This document shows positions 49,318 to 61,404 of a stretch of 64,000 bases of DNA, in pieces; within the stretch, counting starts at the first letter, position 1; each line of letters starts with the position of its first letter. Source of the DNA: Podarcis pityusensis (Eukaryota). A program made the translations under genes and the position numbers. Location of the stretch: NCBI GenBank assembly GCA_964106645.2, contig OZ067043.1. One strand, written 5' to 3'. Under the pieces are notes generated by a model. The model was not told the origin of the DNA and ran no database searches. It saw nothing but the letters and a program-made list of their open reading frames with translations.

Positions 49318-49633
49318 TGAGGCCCTTCTTCGTGTGCCCCCTACACAAGAGGCCTGGAGGGTGGCAACACAGGAACGGGCCTTTTTTTGTGGTGGCTCTC
49401 TGTGTTCCCCACAGGGAGACTTACCTGACACCAGGCAAAAGCTTTGGCCTTTTAACTATCTGTGGTCTTTTAGAAGTGTGTGGGATGTTTTTAATGTATT
49501 CCTCTTTCCTTTTGGTTTTTGTGTATCCATGTGGGGTGTAAAGTTTGTCTGTTTGTTTGTCCATTCATTTGTAAGTTGCTTTGGGTTGCCCTGGGCATGT
49601 TGAAGCAACTAATAAATTCAATAAATAAAAATA
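49318..49633 (+). mobile_element. L2 LINE 3' end
   Basis: gggcctttttt...gtggtggctc (RAFSVVA-like), ttgtaagttgctttggg, (aata)n tail. Confidence 0.65.
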
Positions 49634-50599
49634 AGAATCATTCATTTCCTCGCTGCATCATGGAAAGGAAGAATTGGTTAAATACCATAAAGCATATTTA
49701 ACTGCCAACATCATAGGAACCACATTCCCTTCTGGGCAGTCCTTCGAGAGCCACATGTCAGTGTTGGTTAGGGCCAGAGGCAAAAGTGGGCAGAGCAATA
49801 AATGTGAAGGTAACTTCTGTATGGTAGGCTAGTTTCTTCACACTCGCACATCTCTCTCTATCCTCCATCCAGCCAAGCAAAAGCCCTAAAGGAAGGTGCA
49901 AAGCAAGGCCGGTGAGGGGTGTGTCTCAGGAGGATGTATAACCTAGGGAGAATCCTGAGGGCTATAGAGAGGAATGGTGGGCCACCATTGTTCCCCGCCC
50001 TGAGGAGAAGAGTATGGTGTCTCCACGATGACAAATTTTAAAAACCACTTTTGACAATCATTTAGTAAGGATTGATTAGAAAGAAAGAAAATAGTACAAA
50101 GAGAGCAAAACTAACTGGAGGGGAATGACATTAAGTAATGGGCAATCTAACACTGGCTTATGCTGGCCAGGGTTTGTTCCCTTTTTTTGTTCAGGTGGCT
50201 CCTACTTTTTTTAATTTCCGCTTTGGCTTCCCAGCAGACATAGTTGAGGGACCCAATCCTGGTGCCTCCCAGGGGAATGAAAGAGCTGTGAACCTGGCAC
50301 ACCCCTGACCGCCTCTGACTCAGCCCCAGAACACCCAATTTGGGGGGGCTCCCCACAGTGAAAACATCTCCAGTGAATCTAGGGGTTGGGATTGCTCTCT
50401 AAATAGGTAAATATCTCACACATGTCAACACACACAACAGACTTCCCTTTGGTAAGGAATTGGATAACTTGGCGTCCTACCTTCCTGAAGTGTGCACAAA
50501 AGACCAGCTTTTTGTCAGTGACCCCAAAAAGCGCATTGGTTGCTATTGAGAAGGGAGGTAGAATTGAGGTTGAGATGACTTTTGGTCTTCAATTTTTGA

Positions 50600-51570
50600 G
50601 GGGGCTGTGATTGCGACAAAGAAGCAGTGGTGGCATGGGAAGCTTTGCAGTCCCCAGGAGCCAACACCTTCAAAATACCCTCCCCACTTCGTTTTTCTAC
50701 ACCCAGCCATCTGCCAACAAAAGGCAGATTAAAGCTAGCCAAATTCAATTTCTACTCACTGCTGCCACAGCTCGACATCTGGGGCTAAAGTGTCCCCGAC
50801 AAAGCGAACATGACAGCCACATTGCTTTTTTGTCACATCCAGTAGCATGTTGATCTTCTAAAAGTCTCATAAAAATTTATTGATGTCTCCCATATTGCTG
50901 TGATTGGGAAGAAAAGTGTGTGTGTGTATGTGTGTGTGTGTTAATGCTTCTAGAATAGATCTGATTTGATATGTCTTGTTCTATTGTCAGCATCTGTTTA
51001 GCAAGGCTTTTTAATACTTTCTGGCTGCCGATCAGTCATCCCTAGCTTGGGATGCCGACTTGCATACAAATTTTATTATTAAGTACAATTCCTTCTCTCC
51101 CCACTATCCTCCCCCCCACACCACCCTCCCCTCTACCTATCCACCCATCCATCCATCAACCCCCCCAAGGCTAAGAAGAGGGACCTCCAGCTGTGGGAGC
51201 CCTGCAAGCGCAAGACATCAGCTTGGGTAACATATTTCAGAGCCCCATTTTTGCCTGTTGCAGGTGCTTTGTATCAGTAAATCGAATCATGGGGAAATCA
51301 TTTATTTCCTAATGCTGTTTGTGGCATGTTAGCTGGAGAATTTACATGAGAGAGATTACTTTAATAACCAAAAAAATTACAGTGCGGGGTCTCCCCGCCC
51401 CGTCGCCTTTGATATGTAATTGTTTCAAATTTAACCTGTCTGGAGTGAGGGTGAAAGGCATTATTAAATCTGAAGCATCTTGCTCCAGGGAGGGCGGGGA
51501 GGGGGAGGATCACCCTAGTGTGAACCTCCTTCCAGCCGTTAAATAGAAATGGAGTGAAATTAACAAATCA
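50600..51570. promoter_or_regulatory. Candidate enhancer cluster
   Basis: CTCATAAAAATTTATTG, CCTTTGAT, GC box, TAATTG. Confidence 0.5.
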
Positions 51571-53639
51571 ACCAAGCAGAGAGGAAGAAGGAATTCCTAC
51601 AGCCTGGAGAAAGGCCCTTCTAATTTTAGTAATTTGTCTCTCTTTTCTCTGCTCCACATTCTCCTCCTGTGACCCAGTCCTGTGTGATACCTAATGCTCT
51701 TCATTCCTGCTAGCGTCTCTGTACATTAATTTTGTTCAAGGGCTGAGATCCATACTGGACCAAGGGTCTCAGGGAAAATGTGAACTGCAGAGAAATGTAA
51801 CCATTTATATTTAGAAATGTAATTCCTTATCAGGTATCCTCTGACTAATAGGGACTGTAATCAGAGCAACAAGGCAGTGTATATGAATGACTGCACCCAG
51901 GAAGGTGCCTGTCACATCAGCGTCCCACAGGACGCTAACTTTGCAGCAGGATTTCTGGTCAAACAAGGTGGCAAGTGCTTGTAGAGTTTTCAACCAGTTT
52001 CTGTGTCCCATAAGCAGTAGGAGCAGGTGGTAATGCGTTGTGAGACAAGTTATTCACAGCACAGCTAACTACTTTTCTGCATGGCAAGTAGGTCTCTTAA
52101 TGGTTTCCCAAATCACCTGTTTCTTCAGCACACTTTGGTTTCAGTTTCACCCCTTTACCTGCCTCTCCTGGACTGGGCTGTGGTTTCATCCAAGATCCTG
52201 TCTTACCCAACATGGCCAGTTCAAGAAGTCATCAGGGTTGGGAATTTGCCAGGGCCCAGAACCAGTAAGGGGACAACTAACTGAAAGTGAATGCCACCAC
52301 TTTGACTGCCATTTGCTACTAGGATTGACTAGGTTTGGAAGGGACACTAGAGTAAACCCTTAACTAAGTCAAGTTGTTTTTTGTGTTTTTTTAAGAATCT
52401 GGCTGAGATTTGCCAAGTGTGTATGCCATTAGGTCTGACTAGTTTGCATGCCTTGCTTCCTTCTGCCCTTCAGGGCTGTGCTTTAGTTCTCCCCACCCCC
52501 TCAACAGCTTAATCAGGGTACCATAGAGCTCCCTTTGTGCATCCACTCTGCAATGTGGTAAAGTGCTACTCTTCGCTCCAGTCACTAGGTAATACCACTG
52601 CTACCCTGCCTATGAGTCTTCTTTAAGCTAGTGGGTGAGCAGCCTTTGATCTTGGGAATGGAGGAATTGCCAGCAAACTCACTCCACTTGCTGCTGGATG
52701 CCAGAGCCAGCCTAACCTCTTCTTATTCCCCGTTGGCACAAATCTTTGGAGTAAGTTACCTATCAGCCTGGGTCATGGGTCACAGGCCATAGAGTGCCTT
52801 CCAATTGTTTTGCAAAGCAGTGAAGCCACTGCTGCAACTACAGCTGGACTGCTCACAATGGCAGGTCATGAGGGGAGGATAATTGGCTTTGGAACACCCT
52901 GTTTTGGGGCTTTCTTCTGGCCTCCATCAGTGTGGAAGAGGGGACAGCATGAGACAGGCCACATATACAGGAGCCTTGAGAGATGTGGTATTTGGGGGCA
53001 ATTGTTGCTTTGCCTAGGTGAGAGGAAATTGGCAGGATCTACTCTTGGGTTCCTATCAGACAAATTTAAGTTAAGAGAAAGCACTGCTGTGGGGGAATGC
53101 TTGAGGTATGTCTATCCAATCTTTGAGCAATGCAGTCTTTGGTGTAAGAAGAGTTGTGAATGGATGTGTAGTGGCTTGGGCAGGCCATTGTAACACAGGC
53201 ATGAGAAACCTCCAGACCATCATGTCTCAGAACCAGATCATGGAGGTCTTTGCAGCCCATGCCCCAACCTAATGGTGTGCCAGCTGCCTCTCTCCATGCT
53301 CTGCTTCCAGTTTGGTTGCCTCCCTCCCTTCGATCTTGCTGTCCCTCATTCTCCTCTGCAAAAATGAATGAGGAGAGCCAAAGAGAACAAGGAGAGTTAT
53401 TAAAGGGTCCTTGTCCAAGTTGCCCAAGAAGTCTCCAGAAGCTGGAGCCAGTCCAGTTAAATGGCCATGGTTTCAAATTGCAACACTATTCGTTACTTCT
53501 GTTTATGATACTTAATGGTGTATTTTCCCATAGGGCCAGGCCTGCCTCCCTAGTGGACATGGAAAGCTTTATTATGCTACAAGAATAATGAGGGTGTAAA
53601 AGGCAGGTGCACTTCAAAGCTTCTGTGATACCTAGATTA

Positions 53640-53810
53640 TGGTTTTGGATACAGGAAGTCAAAGTTATATCCTTGCTCAGCTTCAAAGTTGACAGGGTAG
53701 CACTGAGTGTCACTGTCTCTCAGTCTAATCTGCCTCACAGGGTTTTTGTGAGAACACCAATCCTGCTCTGAAGAAAGGGTAGGATTCAAATGTAATATAT
53801 AAATAATAGG
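53640..53810 (+). mobile_element. Highly degenerate MIR/CORE-like SINE, ~190 nt upstream of the 46-nt exon
   Basis: tcactgtctctcagtctaatctgcctcacagggtttttgtgag...gaagaaagggtaggattcaaatgtaata. Confidence 0.65.
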
Positions 53811-53995
53811 GATAGAAAGTTGGGTACAGTGTGGTGGTGATAGTCTACTGTGTGGAAAGTGAGTTCCTAGTTGTCTGGATCTCATCATAGCACCAACCCC
53901 CCCCCCCAAAAAAAAGGTCTGAAAAGTCTTACCCTGTAGAATTTATTTGCCCACTTTCAGTATGGTACTGATACTCTTCTTTTCTCTCTTGACAG

Positions 53996-54041
53996 TAAGA
54001 ACTCTATATTGAAGGATGTCATGACTCCAGGTACTCCCAAG
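53996..54041 (+). CDS. RNF220: RNF220 46-nt coding exon, equivalent to mammalian exon 4
   Basis: Branch point TACTGAT (A at 53971), pyrimidine tract, gacAG at 53994-53995, donor AAG|gtaagt (54042). AG from the previous exon + T = Ser, then KNSILKDVMTPGTPK (mammalian KNSLLKDAMAPGTPK). Phase matches the upstream exon. Confidence 0.94.
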
Positions 54042-55825
54042 GTAAGTGAGCCTAATTTGGTCACATATTGTTTTCCAATATCCTCCATGTGCCTACAAAC
54101 ACTGTTTCTTGGTCCAATTTGATCTTCCTTTCATAATCTTCATAACAGTATGTGGTATCAAACAGTTGTCTTGTCCTGTACACAGACCCTGAAGTTCCCT
54201 GGGCAGAGGACAGTCACTTAAGTCTTTATTTCTGCATCCCTCTTTATATTAGTGCCTCAATACGTAGTGGGCGTGCTTAGAACCCATTGCAAAACCATTT
54301 CAGCATTCTAAAATACTTCCAAATTTTACTAGAATTGGCCTTTGGGTCCCTGCAATTGGAGATTAAATCATCGTAACTTGTGACCTTCACACTGGGTGCT
54401 CTGGAACCAGAGACACTAGTTTGGTGAAGTGGATGTCTGCAGCAATTCTATCTTCTCTTTCTCCAACCTCCATCTGTAAGGTGTTAGGGGTGGGGTGTGC
54501 TTAGCTGTGGCTAAACGAATGTGTATGTGGTGGCAAATGCAGGGTCATTGCCGAATAATGTAGGAAGTGGCCCTTAGGACCAAGCAGAAAAACTTCATAG
54601 GTTATTGTGCCACCTGCTGTCATAGGCTACTAGTAATGTGTGCGCCACACCCTATACAGTGTGGTCTTAGTGCTACTCTGGCAGATCATGAGCTGCCGTT
54701 CCTGATTCAGAAACAAACATACACAGCAGAAGCAGGCATGCAAGTAAAAGGGAACACATCAATTAAAAATCAAGAATCTTCTTATTCGCCTTTGTGCCTC
54801 ACAAGGGAGTAGGAAAGAGCAGCATGAAAAGCAGCTCTTGTACTGTGCATTTTGGTTGTGCTCATTGCTGGATGGTGATAACTCATCTGTCCCAAACACC
54901 AAGCCTGAGGAGGCGTTCAATAGGCAGATTAGTTGTTTGGAAGTAAATATAGAGAGTTAGAGACAGTCACCAGATAAGGAAGAAAAAGGCCTTTTCTCCC
55001 AGCAGGGATTGAGCCTTTGAAGCTTCAAGCAACAAAGAATCCCATTTGCTTTGAGTGAAGGGATTAAGGCAGGATAGTTGAGGGGTCCTGTGTAACCAAG
55101 ATCACTTGTCTGCTGTCGCCACATGGCGTCCCCCTCCCTTCACTCTCCCACCATCACCTAAGAACGTTAAGAAGAGGGGGCTTTTGAATTCTTCTTACAG
55201 CCTCTTGGCCTCAGAATTGTTATTCTCAAGTGGTACTTGCTTGAAGAACAGGCCTGCGTGACGCAAAAGGTGCTGCGCTTCTCACTTAATAGCTAGACTA
55301 AGTGTAAGTCTGCCTTAGTCTTCAACTGGTTGGTCAAGATTCCCTATCAAGTCATGGGCTGATCTAAGGTGGGTTGCAACAGCAGTGCTACCACCATTTA
55401 AGTATATGGTGAAAAATAAAGAAATGGTCCTTAAATATATGTTTAGGTTAAAAGTGGGTACTGGATCTGAAAAGGATGAAGAGTAGTGGTCTAGAAACAC
55501 CATTCTCTGACACAGAAGTCCTTCCTCCTCAATCCCTGGTTTGCTGGGATTCTCTATAGGTATTTAGTGGCAAGATAAATGGGCCCCACTCACATGTTCC
55601 TGGAAACAATCTTGGCATTGAAAAAAACCTGCAAATTGCCCCTGGAACGATCCAAGATGCCAAAAAATGTGCAAAGTAAATAGGCACATTTACTTAAATT
55701 TCACATTTTATGTAGGCTTGCACATTTTGGATTTTAATTTTCAAAATGGGATCCCCCCCACCCCCGCCACTAACTGTTGACTAAAATAAATGTTTGGGTG
55801 CAAGTTTTGAGACACAAAAATTATT

Positions 55826-56521
55826 TGTTGAAGATGCAGTATGTAATGTTTGGTGGGTGCTAAATGCTTGGGTTTAAGAAATGTTAGGATTTAATTAGAA
55901 TTGGTATGTTAGGACTGGTAATAGCCAGACTTGTGTGTATTTAAATTGTGGGTTAGCCACTGTTAATCCCCTGGAATTAGCATATGTGAAGGGTTAATTA
56001 ACCTAGGCACACTTCCTGGGTTGTGTGTTGGACATTGTAATATTCACCAAAGCAACAAGTGTTAATGAAGTCAGTCAGGCTTCTTTGTGAGGTGATGGGC
56101 GGTGGGATAAGCAATTAGAGAGTTCAGAGCATCAGAGGATTAGGTATTAACACAACACAGGATCAAAGGAAATAGGTGTGAGAATACAAATGTGTGGTCT
56201 CTTTCTGAGGAGAGTAAAAGTGGAAAGCTGATAAGCTATGGTGTTATTTCCTGGGTTGTGCCCTGCAGTGCAAGAGAGGCTGCAGAGGAAAGGATGGGGC
56301 TCTGCTTACCAATGTTGTTACTATGGAATGAGCTGGCAGCTATTGGGATGCTACTGCTGTGAGCCCTACCATTGACAGCTCCAGGTTGTATATATGTGTA
56401 AATAAGCCATCTATCATAAAGACACTACAGCCTTTGTTGAACCTCATTCCCAAAGGAACCCTTGATAAGCATGCCTGTAACCCCGGGAATCTTGCGCAGC
56501 CGATTGGAGTGGCGTGTAACA
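55826..56521 (+). mobile_element. Probable solo LTR (left boundary uncertain)
   Basis: Ends ggcgtgTAACA, with candidate TGTT/TGTTA starts between 55826 and 55907. U5-like tgtatatatgtgtaaataagcc at about 56390. No TSD confirmed. Confidence 0.5.
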
Positions 56522-57469
56522 GTGCATTGAAGTTTAAAAAGAAGAGAGGGAAGGGATGGCAGGGAATTCTGATGCTGCATTATTGTTTCTGATGGTCTGC
56601 CCAACCACTAACATCCTCTGAGGAGGAAGAGTTTGATTAAGCTGTTTCCAGATATCTCACAGTGGATAGATTCTTTACTAAATTTTCTCTGTACTTTAAG
56701 CCAGAAAAGGTACTATGTACCTAGATTCCTCCATCAGTGTTCCTGAATCCCTAGTAACAGCTTTGCCATGTACTTCTGTGATGACCTTGGGGAAATCACA
56801 TAATACCTCAGGGCTTCATCTCTAAAAGTGATAGACGATAAAAGATTAATAATTAAATCTGCTCATTGTGGCTGTAGGGGAGAGGGAGAGACCAGAGAAC
56901 TGTCCATGTATATTTGAAATATGTCAGCACTTAGGGCTGGTATTCATGTGGGAGAAAGACTGGGGAAAAGATTGGGTAGTTGTAATTAAGTTTGGAAACA
57001 TATCCACTAAGGCTGTGATCCTAAGTATACTTTATTGGAAGTGAGCATTATTGAAATCAATTAGTATTACTTCCAAGCACATGGATTTAAGAACAGGATT
57101 CCTTCCTTCCTGTCAACCAACAAACCAAATGGATTTTCACATATTCCACATATTTCCACAATATATTCCACATATTGAAAACTCACAGGAGACGTGGAAG
57201 ACTCTCTGGGGCTGGTTTTTAAAAACTAGTTCAAACATAACCATATAGAGTGTGCGACGGATGATCTGTGTGCTCTAGGCTGAAATGAGGTTTAGTTCTG
57301 ACTTCTGTGTCCAAAGTTGAGTGGAAAATAGTACCAAGAAACACCTTTCTTGAGATTCAAGGAGGATGTCATAGGTCAGTAGTAGAATACATGTTTTGCA
57401 TGTAAAATGTCCCAGGTTCAGTCTCTGGCAGGGATGGCAATGAACCACTGGCAGTCAGACTGTAGACAA

Positions 57470-57940
57470 TGGGCTTACCCTTACTTCCTCTTCTATCACT
57501 GTCTTTCCCCCGGGGGAGGGGGCACTTTTTAGTGTTCTAACAGAGCAAACAGCAAGAGGGGGGCAAACAAAAATGCACAGGCACCAGTGGCGGAGTGTAA
57601 GCCAGCGCTACCTGGGATGGGTGTGTGGGGCGTGCCCCCCAGGGGGGCGGTGCACAGAGGGCGGCCTCCCATGCTCCAGTGTCCAGGGGATAAGAAGGAC
57701 ATGGAAGCTGCCACCTACTCTCCTCCTACTCTTTGCCGCTGGATCAGGCCAGGCACTAGCGCAGCAGCCAAGGCACAGCTCCTTCTCACATGGAGCCAGG
57801 CTCTAATGAAGGAGCCTGCAGTGGGGGTGCCCGTTTGCACCCAGGGCCACGCCCCCCATGCTATGCCTATGCCAGGCACAGAACTTTAAAGTGCAGACCT
57901 GTGCCTGGGAAAATTGGGGCAAATAAGTGTGTAAAAGCCT
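57470..57940. mobile_element. Harbinger-like MITE interrupted by a hAT element
   Basis: Left end gggcttacccttacttcc; right arm cacagaactttaaagtgcagacctgtgcctggg...aagtgtgtaaaagcc|ta. Confidence 0.65.
57585..57871. mobile_element. GC-rich non-autonomous hAT element
   Basis: Ends cagtggcggag / gctatgcctatg. 8-bp TSD acaggcac (57577-57584) / ccaggcac (57872-57879). Confidence 0.8.
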
Positions 57941-58379
57941 AGGGAGCAAAGTTATTGGGATTCCTTGCATGGCAACATGCTAGCATGGTCAAGTCTTTGC
58001 CTTCCCCAGCTTTCATTGAGGCATAGGGAACTGTGCACTGTTCTCTGGTGTAACTCAAACAGTGGTTCAAATTACCAGAAGCTGAAGTTGGCTTTCCTCC
58101 TTAAGTGCTGCTGTGGCTTCCTGAAGACAAACAGACAAAGGAGCCAGTGGGAGTATGTGAGTTTACTGGGCATTGGGAAAGTGTCAGAGAATAAAAGATG
58201 CTGGTGGTGTTCTCGTCTTGAGATGCTGAGACCACTGGTGCTATTACAAAGCACCGCAAAAGCTGGTATCACTCATTGCATTCGGGTTACAGTTCCCAAG
58301 TGATAACAGCTATTAGCAACACTTTGACTGCTTCCCCACCATGCAGGGGAGGGCAGGAGACAGAAAACATGTCAAGCCA

Positions 58380-58750
58380 TCACCTCCATGTTAAGTGATA
58401 AGTACCTATTTAGATGGCAGAGTTAAAGTCCAACGCATCAGGCAGGAAACACTTTGCGCAGGAGAGAAGGGAAAGGCCAGAGCGAGATGTAAAAAGCAGG
58501 GTTAGGGTATTTGTTGTGCTGACAGCAGCTGTGATTGATTGTTTAAGAGAAATAAACTGCCTGTGTTTTCGGGGCTATCAAAAAGCAGGAGCCCAGCACT
58601 TAATAGTCTCAAATGGGTGGCCTTGAAAGGAAACAAAGTGTCACTGCTGCCGGCTCACCGCTTCCCAGTGCTGACATCTGACCTGTCTCTGAGACAGGGA
58701 GGGGATAGTTTTAGGAGAGGCAGCAATGAGCGTATGTTACAATCTTGATG
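58380..58750. promoter_or_regulatory. Candidate enhancer with MEIS + PBX-HOX composite site
   Basis: TGACAG (58520-58525), CAGCTG (58526-58531), TGATTGAT (58532-58539). Confidence 0.55.
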
Positions 58751-60096
58751 TGTTTTCTTGGCCGTGGGATGCTCCCAGATCATAGGTGTCCCTCGGCTTG
58801 TGCTTGCTTCCACCCATGTCCCTGGGGTCAGCATGGCACACTCACATGTTTATGTAAGCACATACATGTATGCATCTGACATGCATGGGCACTTCTTATA
58901 CACATACACACAGAGTGAGCAGTCATTCACCTAGCCCAGGCATGGCCAGGCTTGCAGAGACTGGTTCGTTTTTTTACCAGCACTTTGAGCTCCTGCAACC
59001 AGTACCAGAGACAAAAGGATGGCTCCAGGGAAGAAACCAGTTACCTATCTCCACTGCCCCACACCTACCCTGGCCACTTTAGTCTTGCATATCCAAGTAC
59101 AAATATCTGAACTCTGCAGTAACTCTGGAACCCTAGCACCTCAGTTTAAGGTTTCTGCTATTGCTGATGTTAAATAACTGAGAGGCAGAACCTCCTGCTG
59201 ATCTGCTATGTGATCTGGCTATCTACCAGTAGATTCTGATCTACCTTCTAACATGCAGATGATAAAACAATTTCAAAACACTCACACCTGCATGAGTTTT
59301 TCTTGCCTGTGCGCATGAACACATAGGCACTCTCACAATCATTTGGAGATATATTCAAGAGCACCAAGATCTATCCTGTATGTGGACCTATACCTCATTT
59401 ACACTACCCAAGTTTTTGGGATGGGTGAGTAGAGGTAAGGAGGGATTTTCTTGCTCTCTTGTCTCCCACAACAGGTACCAGTGGCAGAGTAGATAAAGGG
59501 AAGGGGAACTGGTAAGCAGCCATTGTCATTGTCCTCCTCTTCCTTCATTTGAAAGAGTCTCAACCCCACCTCTCCCTTCCTCTTTTACCTGTGGCTCCCA
59601 AAGTGGCCCAGTCCTATATCTTTTTCCTTGCTGAAGAGGTGCTGTAACCTCTTGAAAGAGATTACAGATATCCCTGTTTGCAATGAGGATGTCTCATGCT
59701 GTCCCCTTCCATTCAGGCTTAGTGATCTATTGACTCCCTCCCCATTTCCAGCTCCCCTGCAAGAGGGGCCTCCCCACCCCCATCAGCAAGCATTTTGAAT
59801 CAGGTTGCGTTCGCTCGAGAGTGACATTTTCACAATCACAGTTGCAACATCCTATAAGGGCTTATTGGTTTCAGTAACCTGATAGCAGTTTATCCAGTGT
59901 TATTGTCAAACAAATTATTACAGAACATCTAGTCAAACAAATTACTTATGGCTTGCAGAGAAAGAAACCTTGGAGGTACCGTAACTGTTTCTCTGCCTTT
60001 CTAACTGGTTGAGGTGGTTACTTTGTTAACAGGAGTATTTACGTACTCTGACTTTTCTGGGTAGGAGCACCACACAGCACAAAACCAAAAGACTCA

Positions 60097-60446
60097 GGGC
60101 TCATCCCCACTTCCTCTTGTCCTGCTGCTTTCTCCTGGGGAAAACCAATCTTTAGTACTCAATTGGAGCAAATGGCTTTAAAGAGAGGGGTTTTGCAGGG
60201 AAAGCTCTGGAGCAAAAAAAGAGCACTCAGACATAAGCTCTGAGTTCTGTGTAATAACTTTGGACTGTGTGTGCACATTGCTGCTTGCTTCAGCTCTAGT
60301 GTGCTCCCACCACTGGTGTTTGAAGGGAAAGGATTGTGGCAAGGGGAAAACTGCTCAAACCCATGCCTAGAAAGTGTGGCTCAAGCAGAAAACTGTTCAG
60401 ATCTGTGCTTTCCAGGCACAGGACAAGCGGAAGTGTGGATGAGCCC
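60097..60446. mobile_element. Complete PIF/Harbinger-like MITE
   Basis: ~28-bp TIRs gggctcatccccacttcctcttgtcctg / caggacaagcggaagtgtggatgagccc (2 mismatches); 3-bp flanks TCA / TAA. Confidence 0.85.
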
Positions 60447-61404
60447 TAAAACGGCAAATAGTACAGTATTTAAAAAAAAGCAGCATTAATGTCTGAAAGC
60501 CTGCATAAACACAAACAGCCAAGTTTTAACCTGATGTCTAAATAGCTTCTTACACTTTACAATGTCAATTTATAGCACTTTTCCTGACTTTGTAAAGAGT
60601 TGTTCACTTTGATTGCCATTGATAATAATTTTTCCTCTTACAATCTCAGTCTGCACAGAACTGTATGGGGGGCAGGCATTTTTACATAGGGGCAGGCATT
60701 TTTCTCTCTGTACAATTCACTCTGAGTGCAGCATCAAGCTATGTTGCTCTCAGGGGGACTTGCTGTATTGTATTCAAAGCGTACAGTGGCGAAAAGGAAG
60801 GAGCCCCATGCACTACTAGCTGCCCCAGAGTGTGAGCAGCTACATTACCCAGGGCTTTTTAAAGGGCAAGGGGAAAAAATACCATACAGAAATGGTGCTG
60901 TAGTCATTGGGCGCCTCTTAAAGGGATCTACAGAATCTAGTGGATTCATGATCCGATCCTGGTTATGATCCATCCAGATCAAATGAGGTGAGTCTGCTTT
61001 GGAATAAAACTTCTGCAGATTCCTTCCCCATCATATATGACAAAAAGAGTACACTAGTTTAGGATTGACTAAAGCTGCTGTTTAAGGATACGTTAGCCTT
61101 GTGCGAAGGGATACTCTTGATTGAGAAGCCACAACTTTCTTTGACAACCCAGTCCCAGTTTTTAATCACTTTTTCCTGCTGAACAAACTGCACCTTAATT
61201 TCTACTTTCAATCTGTCCAGTAGTGCTCTCTCCCTGTGCTTTCTGTCACATATTATAACTGATATTTCTCTTTTAGCTTGTTCTTCAAAGGGGGATTTGT
61301 CAAGTTGGAAAGCATTAGAGCAGAAGCAGAGAAGAAAGACCCCGTTATTCCTATGAGCTAAGTAGGTTGTTGCTTGGAAGCTGGCAGGGGAGGGAAGCGA
61401 GGGT

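Larger units (their letters stand above)
32612..53995 (+). other. RNF220: RNF220 intron (GT-AG, phase 2, ~21.4 kb)
   Basis: Bounded by the two exons above. No other RNF220-like coding segment was seen inside it. Confidence 0.88.

Noticed and set aside
53941-53995. Alternative acceptor ccactttcAG at 53960
   Set aside because: It would add 35 nt and a premature TGA, and it lies upstream of the good branch point at 53971. No evidence of use.
1335-60470. TACAGTA/TACTGTA as mariner footprints
   Set aside because: Several seen, but they lack CpG and their number looks compatible with chance; no paired copy demonstrates insertion.
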